Source: a virus (taxonomy: Duplodnaviria; Caudoviricetes). Taken from it: DNA of 36,694 nt. The notes beneath the pieces are model-generated. The model worked only from the letters and a program-made list of their open reading frames with translations. It searched no databases and was not told the DNA's origin. The stretch lies in the IMG/VR virus record IMGVR_UViG_3300047402_000072, positions 1 through 36,694 of that record; one strand, written 5' to 3'. Positions within the stretch are counted from its first letter, which is position 1; every line of letters begins with the position of its first letter. The position numbers and the translations under genes were made by a program. This document shows positions 24,123 to 33,824 of this stretch, one piece after another.

Positions 24123-27100
24123 ATGCGCCAATACCAGCCCGGACAGCAATTCTACAACCTCATCAAAACCGCGATTCCCGACTTCGTAGAAGCCGAGTAT
24201 CCGGCGTTTGTAGAATTTGTCACGGCGTTTCTGCACTTCTTGGAGCAGGAACGCGAGACATCCCAGACCTCTATTACACCGGGATTCGGTCCATCTTCGG
24301 TGAGCACCACCGTCACTGATGCGGTTGGTGGCCCGCTGTACGAAGCGGGAAAGTTCTTCGACTATCTCGATACCGCGACAACCCTTGACGAATTCCGCAC
24401 ACACTTTCTCGCAAAGTTTGCCAAAGAGTTTCCGCAATACGGCTACGTGTCAACCGACTGGTTCATCCGTAGTCTGCGTGCGTTCTATCAACAGAAGGGC
24501 ACGCCAAGCAGCATCAAGTGGTTCTTCCGTGTCTTCTTCAATCAAGACGCGGATGTCTACTTTCCGCGTGATGACGTGTTTGCGGCCTCCAGTGCGACGT
24601 GGTCCGCCCCGCAAACCCTGAAAGTCAGCGCACCGCTCAATACCGGCTATACCTCTGAAGATATCGCGACGTATTATACGGGCGCACGCGTGGTTTCCAC
24701 CTCTAATACGTACGGCATCGCCGAAGCGATTGTCGAGCGCGTCACCACGTTCGTTGTCGGCGTCGAATACGGACAGCGCACCGTAGTGCATGAACTGTCA
24801 TTGTTGTATGGTAGCGTTAGTGGACAGTTTGAAGAGAACGCAGAACTCCACAACGTCGATACACGCGGCACGGAAAAGGTCATTACCACACGTATTCTTC
24901 CCGTCATCACACAGATTACGGTCGGAAGTGGTGGAAGCAATTACGCGAATGGCGACCTTGTGGTCGTGTCGGAAGGGCCGGGACGTGGTGGTGGCTACAG
25001 TGCATACGGTGTCGTCGAACGCGTCTCGAACGGGGCAATCAGCGGAATCACGATTTACAGCGGGGGTAAAGGGTTCACGGTCGGAGAGCCGTTGCAGTTC
25101 TACAGTGCGTCGGGTTCTGGAGCATCAGGCAACGTCGCGTCTCTGTCTAACGCCACCTCGATCATTCCACTCGATATCATCATCGATACGTTTGCTGATG
25201 TCGATGTGGCAAATACCAACTATGAAACTGCTGTCAGTGTCAATCTCGGAATCATTCTCACAGGCACCACATCGACCACCAGTGGTTGCACCGTCGTAAC
25301 TGGTGTCGGCACGAAGTTCACCACCGAATTGTATGTCGGTGAAACGCTACTTGTCGGGAACGATTCTGCGAATACGGTCGGCACTATCGCATCTGTTCAG
25401 AATAACACGTCGCTGACGTTATCCGCCGGCGCGAGCGGCAGTTTTGCAGCGAACGTCTACAGTCTGATTATCGATCAGAACACCGCTGTCGGGACCATCT
25501 TCTCTGCCGCAGAACAGCGACCGTTCTACACGCCGTGGGTGTGGACGAACGATGCGAATACGACCGCTGAATTGGCGAATGCAGCGGTGCTCGTTGATAA
25601 CCTGTCTGTCGCACCGTTCTTTAATCACAATGCGTCGTCCGTGTTGGGCTATACCGGCAAACTATTTGTCATTGGCGGTCCCCTCGATAATACGACGACG
25701 GTGCTCACCGCGACGATTACGTCCAATACGGTTGGATACTTTGCGGGGGATCTTGCAGGCAACCTGACGCATACCAGTGGTGCGACGAAGTTGTATTTGC
25801 GCAACACTGCGAATTTGAATCAACTTTCCACCAGCCTGTTGATCAAGCAGGACTACGCGAACGCACAACTGGGCACCGTCACGACAGACGGCACGGACAC
25901 CATTATCGGCGCAAACACGCTGTTCCAGCGCACGTTGATTGCAAACGCCCATCTTCGTGTCGGGAATTCCTCTTCGGGATACGATGTTGTCGTCAAGAGT
26001 ATCGAGAGTAACACGGTACTCAAAATTTACGGGACCGCACCAACACGCGTAGCGAACACGTACGGCACCTACGCGCTCGGGCGTATTCGGACGATCTATC
26101 CGCGCACCATCACTTCCTACGGTACGATCAATACCGTGGCGCTCACGTCTATCGGCAGTCGCTATGCGGTGCCGCCGATTGTGGATGTGGACAGCATGGA
26201 TGCACGCGTGCAGACGCTGTTCTATTACAGCAACACCGCCGATGTTGTCGTGCCAACAAGCGGCCGCGTCACGCAACTTTTTGCAAACGCGAATCTTGAT
26301 GTCGTGCAGGGTGTCGGACAAGTCGCGCGGGTGCGGGTGCGGAATACCGGCGTGCTCTACAGTGATCCAAATTCGATTGCGATTACGGTAGAACGGGCAA
26401 ATGGGGGCACGGGCACTGACGCAACACTCGTGCCGGTCATTGGTGCGTTGACGAATTATCCCGGCGAGTTCTTGACAAACAAGGGATTCACCAGTTCGAC
26501 GACACGGCTTCAGGACGGCGACTACTACAACGACTACACGTATGTTGTCAAAGCGGCCGAGTCGTTTGATCGGTATCGTAGTATCTTGTTGAAGATTCTA
26601 CATCCCGCCGGCTTCCGGCCGTATGGTAAGTTTGTCAGCACAACGGATATTACCGTCAACGTGAGCAGCACCGTTGAGAGCGCGATTGTGGTTGCTGGTT
26701 CGTCATCAGAATCACCGTCTGCATCTCTCAGCCCGTCTGCGTCCGCGTCACATTCATTTAGTCCATCGAGTTCTGCGTCGGCATCTGTTTCACCATCGAG
26801 TTCTGCGTCTGCATCGGTGAGCCCGTCGAGTTCGTCGTCAGCGTCCGCCAGCCCATCGGCGACAAAGAGTCCGTCCGCGTCACAGAGTCCATCAGCTTCG
26901 GTGTCACCGTCGGCATCGCAGAGTCCGTCCGCGTCCACGTCGCGGTCAATCAGCCCGTCTGCGTCGTTCAGTCCGTCAAGCTCACACAGCCCATCGAGTT
27001 CAGTATCGGCATCATTGTCGCCGTCGCGCTCGGTGTCGCCGTCCAGTTCAGCGTCAAGCTCCAAGTCGCGGTCTGTCAGTCCCTCGGCCTCCGTCAGTCC

Positions 27101-28319
27101 GTCAGCCTCTGTCAGTCCATCGAGCAGTGTCTCGGCGTCTGTTAGCCCATCGGGTTCTGTATCGCCCTCGGCGAGCAAGTCGCGGTCAATTTCTAACAGC
27201 CCGTCGGCCTCTGTCAGCCCGTCCAGTTCAATTTCGGCCTCTGTCAGCCCGAGTAGTTCAGCATCTGCATCGGTGAGTCCGTCCGCGTCCGTGTCACGGT
27301 CGGTGAGTCCGTCAGCATCCGTCAGTCCGTCAAGTTCCGCGTCGGCGTCCGTCAGTCCGTCGGCGTCTGTGTCGCGGTCGCTGTCGCCGTCGAGTTCAAC
27401 GTCACAGTCTGTCAGCCCGTCCAGTTCAGTCAGCCCAAGTAGTTCTGCGTCGGCATCTGTCAGTCCATCAAACTCCTTGAGTCCATCGCCGTCGTTCTCA
27501 CCGTCGGCATCGTCATCGGCGTCTGTGAGTCCGTCGGCCTCGTTGAGTCCGTCCAGTTCAGTCAGCCCTTCGGCGTCAAGTTCAGCCTCAGTCAGTCCGT
27601 CGAGTTCGGTGAGTCCGTCGAGTTCGGTGAGTCCGTCAAGCTCCGCATCACGGTCATTCAGCCCATCCAGTTCGTTGAGTGCGTCTGTCAGCCCGTCGTC
27701 GTCAGCATCGCGGTCTACGTCGCCATCCAGTTCAGTCAGCCCATCCAGTTCGATATCGGCTTCGTTGAGTCCGTCGAGTTCGTTGAGCGCATCGTTGAGT
27801 CCGTCGAGTTCGCTGTCGCCGTCTAGTTCGACATCTCGGTCGATCAGTCCGTCGAGTTCTGTGTCGCGTTCGGTCAGCCCATCCGCGTCTATTTCGCCGT
27901 CGGGTTCGTTGTCCAGTTCTGTCAGTCCGTCCGCATCTGCAAGTCCGACAACACCGCCGTATTCCGATCACGGTGATAGTCACGTTGATATTGCGAGCCA
28001 CACAGACTACGCCGCACACGATGATCATGGTGACGGACACTGTGATCAATCACACTGTGATCAATCACACTGTGATCAGGGGCATTGTGATGCTCCGCAT
28101 AGTGATTATACGTTTAATGATAGCTATAGTGATGAATACGGATATAGCGACTACTATTCCGATCACGGTGATGATGGTGGTTGTAACGATCCCGGTTGTA
28201 ATGATCCCGCTTGTAATGATCCGGCGTGCAATAGTCATGACGATCACGCCGACCAGAATGGTCACGGTGATCAGGCCCCAGAAAGTAGCCACAGCGACTA
28301 TCACACGGACACTCACTAA
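24123..28319 (+). CDS. gp7: Baseplate wedge initiator (gp7-like) with C-terminal Ser/Pro stalk and His/Asp/Cys tip
   Basis: [18 protein letters not shown]...[26 protein letters not shown]; lies between gp6 and gp8. Confidence 0.8.
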   Translation: MRQYQPGQQFYNLIKTAIPDFVEAEYPAFVEFVTAFLHFLEQERETSQTSITPGFGPSSVSTTVTDAVGGPLYEAGKFFDYLDTATTLDEFRTHFLAKFAKEFPQYGYVSTDWFIRSLRAFYQQKGTPSSIKWFFRVFFNQDADVYFPRDDVFAASSATWSAPQTLKVSAPLNTGYTSEDIATYYTGARVVSTSNTYGIAEAIVERVTTFVVGVEYGQRTVVHELSLLYGSVSGQFEENAELHNVDTRGTEKVITTRILPVITQITVGSGGSNYANGDLVVVSEGPGRGGGYSAYGVVERVSNGAISGITIYSGGKGFTVGEPLQFYSASGSGASGNVASLSNATSIIPLDIIIDTFADVDVANTNYETAVSVNLGIILTGTTSTTSGCTVVTGVGTKFTTELYVGETLLVGNDSANTVGTIASVQNNTSLTLSAGASGSFAANVYSLIIDQNTAVGTIFSAAEQRPFYTPWVWTNDANTTAELANAAVLVDNLSVAPFFNHNASSVLGYTGKLFVIGGPLDNTTTVLTATITSNTVGYFAGDLAGNLTHTSGATKLYLRNTANLNQLSTSLLIKQDYANAQLGTVTTDGTDTIIGANTLFQRTLIANAHLRVGNSSSGYDVVVKSIESNTVLKIYGTAPTRVANTYGTYALGRIRTIYPRTITSYGTINTVALTSIGSRYAVPPIVDVDSMDARVQTLFYYSNTADVVVPTSGRVTQLFANANLDVVQGVGQVARVRVRNTGVLYSDPNSIAITVERANGGTGTDATLVPVIGALTNYPGEFLTNKGFTSSTTRLQDGDYYNDYTYVVKAAESFDRYRSILLKILHPAGFRPYGKFVSTTDITVNVSSTVESAIVVAGSSSESPSASLSPSASASHSFSPSSSASASVSPSSSASASVSPSSSSSASASPSATKSPSASQSPSASVSPSASQSPSASTSRSISPSASFSPSSSHSPSSSVSASLSPSRSVSPSSSASSSKSRSVSPSASVSPSASVSPSSSVSASVSPSGSVSPSASKSRSISNSPSASVSPSSSISASVSPSSSASASVSPSASVSRSVSPSASVSPSSSASASVSPSASVSRSLSPSSSTSQSVSPSSSVSPSSSASASVSPSNSLSPSPSFSPSASSSASVSPSASLSPSSSVSPSASSSASVSPSSSVSPSSSVSPSSSASRSFSPSSSLSASVSPSSSASRSTSPSSSVSPSSSISASLSPSSSLSASLSPSSSLSPSSSTSRSISPSSSVSRSVSPSASISPSGSLSSSVSPSASASPTTPPYSDHGDSHVDIASHTDYAAHDDHGDGHCDQSHCDQSHCDQGHCDAPHSDYTFNDSYSDEYGYSDYYSDHGDDGGCNDPGCNDPACNDPACNSHDDHADQNGHGDQAPESSHSDYHTDTH
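26700..27950 (+). repeat. Degenerate Ser/Pro coding repeat (SASVSPSS)n
   Basis: About 415 codons of the same repeat type as 19419-20713. Confidence 0.95.
28038..28232 (+). repeat. 15-nt tandem repeats encoding 4x HCD and 4x CN(D)
   Basis: CACTGTGATCAATCA repeated; TGTAA(C/T)GATCCCG repeated. Confidence 0.9.
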
Positions 28320-28358
28320 ATACGATGAGTCCTGTCTTGCTGCATAGGTTGAACATAT

Positions 28359-29828
28359 ATGCCATCACTTAACACCGCAAAGTATCGAAGTTTTCTTGCA
28401 CGGCGTCTCAAGGAGACGTTGACGGTCAAGGAAGCCTACGAGAGTTTGTCTGCTGAGATTGCGAGTCTCACACCCAACTTGGCAAATGGTGCGTCGTTTG
28501 CAACGACGAATACCTTGTTGGCGGATATCGACGCCGCAACATCTCGTCTCTACCTCTGCATCGGTCGTCCGTCCGATTGGACGAATGACAACAATCCACC
28601 GACACCGACAGACGTTCCACAGAACATCGAGTTCGAGTATTGGCGGGATTTGTTGGCCGCCAAGCGTGTGATGGCCGAAGATGCATCCTATGTGGTGCCG
28701 CGGTATAACTGGACTGCCAATACCGTCTATACGCAATACGACGATCAAGGTGTAAATGGAAATGCGAACGCGACGTTCGCGAACACGCAGTTCTATGTGC
28801 TCGACAGCACGGAACTACCCTACAAAGTCTACAAGTGCTTGTGGAACAACAACGGCGCACCGAGCACGAACGCCCCAAGTTTGACGGGTAACACCGTCAC
28901 ACCTGCAACGACTTCTGACGGCTACGTGTGGCAGTATCTGTACAGCATTCGGCCGGACGATTATAAGTTCTTGACAGACGCGTGGATGCCGGTCAAGACG
29001 GATGCTGATGTTGAAACGAGTGCAGAAAACAATCAGGGGCAGCTATGGGAAGCCGTACCGTTGGTGATTACCAGTAGCGGAAATGGGTTCAACCCCAACG
29101 GCACGTTCACGTTCACGTATTCAGGTGATGGCAACGGCGCGGTGATCAATGCGAGCAGTCTGACCGTCTCCGCCAATACGTTGTCGAAAGTTCAAATGGC
29201 GAACGGCGGTATCGGATATACCACTTTCTCTGCGGTCACGATTGCACAAGTGGGAGCGTCAGCCGCGACCGCTCGGGCCATTATTCCTCCGTATCCCAAT
29301 CACGGCTACAAGCCGCAGATGGAACTTGGCGCGTCTGCAATCATGCTGTCGGTGGAATTGAACGACGACGAACTGGATCGGTTGACGACGGTGAACAACT
29401 ATCGTCGTATTCTTTTGATGAGCGATCCGATGACTGCTGCGAATACGGCAGCAAATGGAGAGTTCTACCGACTCACCTATGACCTTACCTTTACGAGCAA
29501 CACGGGCGTATTTGCACCAGATGACACAATAGAAGTGGACAACGAGTCGTATCCTGTTAGTGCCACCGTCGTGGATGTCATCGAACAGGGTGCAAATACC
29601 GTTGTACGCGTCACGAACGTCAGCGATTTTGGACGTACCACACCGTTTGTCGCGGGGGACACGATTGTTGATCTGACGCAAGAAGGGGTCGAAGCAACCG
29701 TGGCTGCCGTCAACAACAGCCAGTTGCTTACGTTCACCGGAGACATTCTATATGTCGACCAGCGTGCGCCAGTCACCCGGAATCCGAATCAATCAGAGCA
29801 GATCAATCTTGTCTTCAAGTTTCAGTAG
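28359..29828 (+). CDS. gp8: Baseplate wedge subunit
   Basis: LYL.IGRP..W....PP.P, PRYNW...VY..YD, VYKCL.N, DGYVW.YLY, GDILYVDQR.PVTR...Q.E; CTAAATA at 28316-28322. Confidence 0.9.
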   Translation: MPSLNTAKYRSFLARRLKETLTVKEAYESLSAEIASLTPNLANGASFATTNTLLADIDAATSRLYLCIGRPSDWTNDNNPPTPTDVPQNIEFEYWRDLLAAKRVMAEDASYVVPRYNWTANTVYTQYDDQGVNGNANATFANTQFYVLDSTELPYKVYKCLWNNNGAPSTNAPSLTGNTVTPATTSDGYVWQYLYSIRPDDYKFLTDAWMPVKTDADVETSAENNQGQLWEAVPLVITSSGNGFNPNGTFTFTYSGDGNGAVINASSLTVSANTLSKVQMANGGIGYTTFSAVTIAQVGASAATARAIIPPYPNHGYKPQMELGASAIMLSVELNDDELDRLTTVNNYRRILLMSDPMTAANTAANGEFYRLTYDLTFTSNTGVFAPDDTIEVDNESYPVSATVVDVIEQGANTVVRVTNVSDFGRTTPFVAGDTIVDLTQEGVEATVAAVNNSQLLTFTGDILYVDQRAPVTRNPNQSEQINLVFKFQ

Positions 29829-29886
29829 CTAAATATGACAAGATATTCTGTTCCCGTAATTGACTCTATCCACAACGAGACACCGA

Positions 29887-32800
29887 ATGGCACTCAGTAA
29901 CACAACACAAAATGCACTCCGCACAGAGTATTTCGACGACTTCTATGAAGTTGCCAATACCGCGACGGGTTTGCTGCGCGGGCAGGACTTCGACTTTCAT
30001 CGCATTTTGTTCCGCCCCCGGTATGGCGTTCAGTCGCGCGAACTCACGCAGTTGCAGACGCTCCTGCAAGCACAAATGGAGCGACTGGGCACCGCACAGT
30101 TCCGTGACGGCGACCGTATTCTCGGCGCACAACTGACGATTGATACCGCGGCCATCAGTGGACAGGTCACCCCTTCAACGAACCTTCAGAGCTTCTTTGA
30201 CCGCACCAACAATTCCGGGTTGTACGTGTATGCGCGGGTTGCCGGTGTCGCAGACTACACGACCGCCGCGCACATTACACAGTATGTCTCGATTGATGAT
30301 GCCGCAATTTCTGGTGAATCGCAGACCACGAACAACTACCTCATCTTCAAGTACACGAGTACGAATCTGTTTGGTGCTGGTGGCAGCATTCAGGGCCGCG
30401 ATGACGACACCGTAACAGGGACGTTCGCTGCGGGCGCGAACACCACGGTGTTCCACAATGCTTCGACGATCAGTATTGACGAAGGTGTGATGTTCGTTTC
30501 TGGGCTGTACGTGCGCGTGCGGCCGCAGACTATTGTGTTGGATGCGTTCGATAACGCGCCGTCGTACCGTATCGGCGTCGTCGTCAACGAAGAGTTTCTT
30601 GATGAGTTGAGTGAAGTCATTGGTGCCGATCCTGATGTCACCGTTGGGGAAACGTTGCTGGATGAAGCGAATCGCGGCGCGGTCGGTGCGCACCGTTTCC
30701 GTATCAGCTTGACGTTGGCAAAACGTTCGATTGAATCGTCCGCCGATACAAACTTCATCGAAATTGCCCGTGTCATTGACGGTCAGGTGATCTACACTCG
30801 GGCCAATCCCAAGTTCATTACCGCCGAAGAACTGAAGCAGACGCTCGCTCGTCGCACGTACGATGAGTCGGGAAGCTACATTCTGCGTCCGTTTATTCCC
30901 GTGATTGACGGCAATCCAAACGCCAACACTAGCAATTCGGAAGATTTGACAAACTTCCGTCTGTCGCTGTCGTCTGGAAAGGCGTATGTGCGAGGGTTTG
31001 AAGTCGAGTCGCTGGCGCCGATTCGGTTGACTATCGACAAGGCGCGCGATACCGAGAGCGCAAACAATCGCTCTATCGCCGCCGCTGTCGGCAACTACGT
31101 GCTCGCGACTCGTGTGTTGGCGGACATTCCCAACACCTACTTTGTGGGCTTGAATACCGTTGACATTCATTGTTTGAATGCTGCCACCATCAATACCGCA
31201 AGTAACGATGTGTATCAGCATTCCAAAGTCGGTACCGCAAAAGTCCGAATGGTGGAAACGGAGTCAGTTCCAAGTGAATTGGCAATTGGTGACTTCGCAA
31301 ACAGCAGCGTGTACAAGCTCTTCGTCTACGATTGGAATTTCGCGAATACGCTGACGGGTACCGTAACCAGTGCCGATATTGTTAACGGGCAGGTACATAT
31401 TAAAGTACCCGTTGCAAATGGAACACCCGATGTAAGTAGCGCAATTGTCGGGGCGTCTGTCATTCTTGAAGGTGCCAGTTCTCCGGTTACAGGAACTTTC
31501 ACGATTGATCAATATCTCGCCGAAAACGATGTGCCCGGCGCGTATGCCAATATCGTTCTGAAAGAATACTTGACGGTGCTTCCAACCACCAATACGACGT
31601 TCCGGTTGTTGTTCCAGCCGAAAGACGTGGATTCGTTCACGCTGTTGTCGGGTGGCCTTGCTGCACCCACCAGTTTGTCGTTGAACCCTCCGTATACCAA
31701 CAATCTCGCATTTCAAGCGGATGTTGCACCGAGTGGAAAAACTGACGGCACGCCAACAGGACCAACGATTGTGTTTGATACGAATGACAACAAGTTGTTC
31801 TATCAGATTCCTGAACAGTTTATCGACGCAGGAACCATTGATATCGCGAACGCAGAATTTTCGACGTGGATCTCATCAACCAACGCGACTGTTTCCCTCA
31901 CGTCTGCGAATACCAATACTACCATTCTCACCTTCACCGGCGGGGCGTTCAGTATTCCTGAAGGCACATTCTCCGCATCCGCCGCCCGCGATTATTTCCT
32001 CGTGTTTGACATCACGGCTGATGCTGTAGGACGTGGACAGGTGATTCAGATTGCGGATTCGGTGCCCGCTGATCAGCGTGCCGTATCGAATGTCAGTGTC
32101 GCTGCCTCGGGTTCGCCGGTGGGAAGCCAGTACACCGTTACGCTTACATACCATCACGGCTCAACGACCAGCAATCCACGCACATTGGTGGCAATTGCCA
32201 AGAGTCTCGTCACGGGGCAGTCGATTCGGACAAAGACCTACGTCGTGGGTAATACATCCGTCGCACAAGCGAACACCACGACAGCGTTGACCGCAGGACA
32301 GGTTGAATACCATACGCTCAATGTCGCAACGGGATTTGCCTACTCGTTGCGCACACACGACGTGACAAAGCTCCGTAAGGTGCTGTACAACAGCAGCAAT
32401 ACTGCGTTTGCTGGTAGCATCACATCAGGATATACCGATGTAACAACTTACTTTACGCTTGATACAGGTCAACGTGATAATAGCTACGACTATGGGCGTG
32501 CAATTGTCAAAGCATCGGCCAGCAACGTGATCGCACCAACAGGTCGGTTGCTGTTCATCTTCGATCACTTCATGCATTCTGGCCGTGGATACATTACCCT
32601 TGACAGCTACTTGAGCAATCAGAATATCGACAAGGGTATGACCTACGACGACATTCCCTACTATCGATCAGTAAAATTTGGTAGCGCCGTAAGTGTAAGT
32701 CTGCGTTCTGTATTGGACTTCCGACCAGCACAAGGACATTACGGTGCTGCAAACGGCAATGTGGCACTGGTGTTTGCATCCACGGATAACAGTGCCAATA

Positions 32801-33810
32801 CATCGTATGCGGTGTCTGACGGCACCACGTATCTCATTCCGGTGTCTGACGATATCTGGAATGGTAGTTACGACTACTATCTTGGCCGTCGCGATGTGGT
32901 ATCGCTCGGCACCGATGGAGAATTCCACGTCACGAAGGGGCAGTCGTCACGCACACCCAAGACCCCACAGGTCGAAGGTTCTGGTTTGTTGATGTTTGAG
33001 TTGAGTATACCACCGTATACATTGGTGAACGATATTGGTGTGCCATCAAGTGTTGTACTGAAATCCTACGATTATAAGCGATATACGATGAACGATTTGT
33101 CGCGTATCGAGAATCGTGTGTCGCGTTTGGAATACTATAATGCGATTACGCAGCTTGAACAAAATACTCTGAATCAATCAGAAACTGATGCCGACAATCA
33201 AGAACGGTTCAAAAACGGTATTCTTGTTGATGCATTCACTGATGGAACTGTAGCAGATTTGGCACGCGGAGATTTTGCGGCGTCATTGGACACGCGCAAT
33301 CATCAACTCTATCCGAGCTATCGCACGTTTGCGATGCAGTTTGCGACGGATTACGCAGACTCAACCACTAGTGGTGTGAAAATCGTGGGCGACATGGTGG
33401 TGCCGACGTATGAGGTGACCGACTTCATCACACAGCCAACCGCAACACACGCGGTGTCCGTCAATCCGTTCGATATCGGCGCATTCTACGGAAAGATTCA
33501 ACTGTCGCCCGCTGTGGATACGTGGAAGTCTACGGACACGCGTCCAGCACAGGTTGTGGATTTGGGTGGTCCCTCACAAGCGTGGGTGGATTCGTTCTTG
33601 CCCGCGTATACGAATTGGGGTGAGTGGCAGACAACGTGGACGGGATACACCACGATTCCAGATCCACCGCCAGCGCAGGACGAATATAATGGCCAAGAAT
33701 GGAGAATATTTAAGGGTCAGGATCTCAAGGCGGGTGCTTACGGATATAAGGATTGGGAAGAATGGATAGCTGCCGGAAGCCCAGCACTACCTAGCACCGC
33801 CCCATATTAA
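29887..33810 (+). CDS. Large baseplate/structural protein, DUF4815 (VrlC-like), N-terminal part
   Basis: YFDDF...FHRILFRP...VQSRELTQLQT.LQ.Q, LARRTYDESG.Y, GKAYVRGFE, KRYTM.D...ENRV..LEYY, RFKNGILVD.F; CTAAATA at 29829-29835. Confidence 0.85.
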   Translation: MALSNTTQNALRTEYFDDFYEVANTATGLLRGQDFDFHRILFRPRYGVQSRELTQLQTLLQAQMERLGTAQFRDGDRILGAQLTIDTAAISGQVTPSTNLQSFFDRTNNSGLYVYARVAGVADYTTAAHITQYVSIDDAAISGESQTTNNYLIFKYTSTNLFGAGGSIQGRDDDTVTGTFAAGANTTVFHNASTISIDEGVMFVSGLYVRVRPQTIVLDAFDNAPSYRIGVVVNEEFLDELSEVIGADPDVTVGETLLDEANRGAVGAHRFRISLTLAKRSIESSADTNFIEIARVIDGQVIYTRANPKFITAEELKQTLARRTYDESGSYILRPFIPVIDGNPNANTSNSEDLTNFRLSLSSGKAYVRGFEVESLAPIRLTIDKARDTESANNRSIAAAVGNYVLATRVLADIPNTYFVGLNTVDIHCLNAATINTASNDVYQHSKVGTAKVRMVETESVPSELAIGDFANSSVYKLFVYDWNFANTLTGTVTSADIVNGQVHIKVPVANGTPDVSSAIVGASVILEGASSPVTGTFTIDQYLAENDVPGAYANIVLKEYLTVLPTTNTTFRLLFQPKDVDSFTLLSGGLAAPTSLSLNPPYTNNLAFQADVAPSGKTDGTPTGPTIVFDTNDNKLFYQIPEQFIDAGTIDIANAEFSTWISSTNATVSLTSANTNTTILTFTGGAFSIPEGTFSASAARDYFLVFDITADAVGRGQVIQIADSVPADQRAVSNVSVAASGSPVGSQYTVTLTYHHGSTTSNPRTLVAIAKSLVTGQSIRTKTYVVGNTSVAQANTTTALTAGQVEYHTLNVATGFAYSLRTHDVTKLRKVLYNSSNTAFAGSITSGYTDVTTYFTLDTGQRDNSYDYGRAIVKASASNVIAPTGRLLFIFDHFMHSGRGYITLDSYLSNQNIDKGMTYDDIPYYRSVKFGSAVSVSLRSVLDFRPAQGHYGAANGNVALVFASTDNSANTSYAVSDGTTYLIPVSDDIWNGSYDYYLGRRDVVSLGTDGEFHVTKGQSSRTPKTPQVEGSGLLMFELSIPPYTLVNDIGVPSSVVLKSYDYKRYTMNDLSRIENRVSRLEYYNAITQLEQNTLNQSETDADNQERFKNGILVDAFTDGTVADLARGDFAASLDTRNHQLYPSYRTFAMQFATDYADSTTSGVKIVGDMVVPTYEVTDFITQPTATHAVSVNPFDIGAFYGKIQLSPAVDTWKSTDTRPAQVVDLGGPSQAWVDSFLPAYTNWGEWQTTWTGYTTIPDPPPAQDEYNGQEWRIFKGQDLKAGAYGYKDWEEWIAAGSPALPSTAPY

Positions 33811-33824
33811 CGATCAGGAAATCT

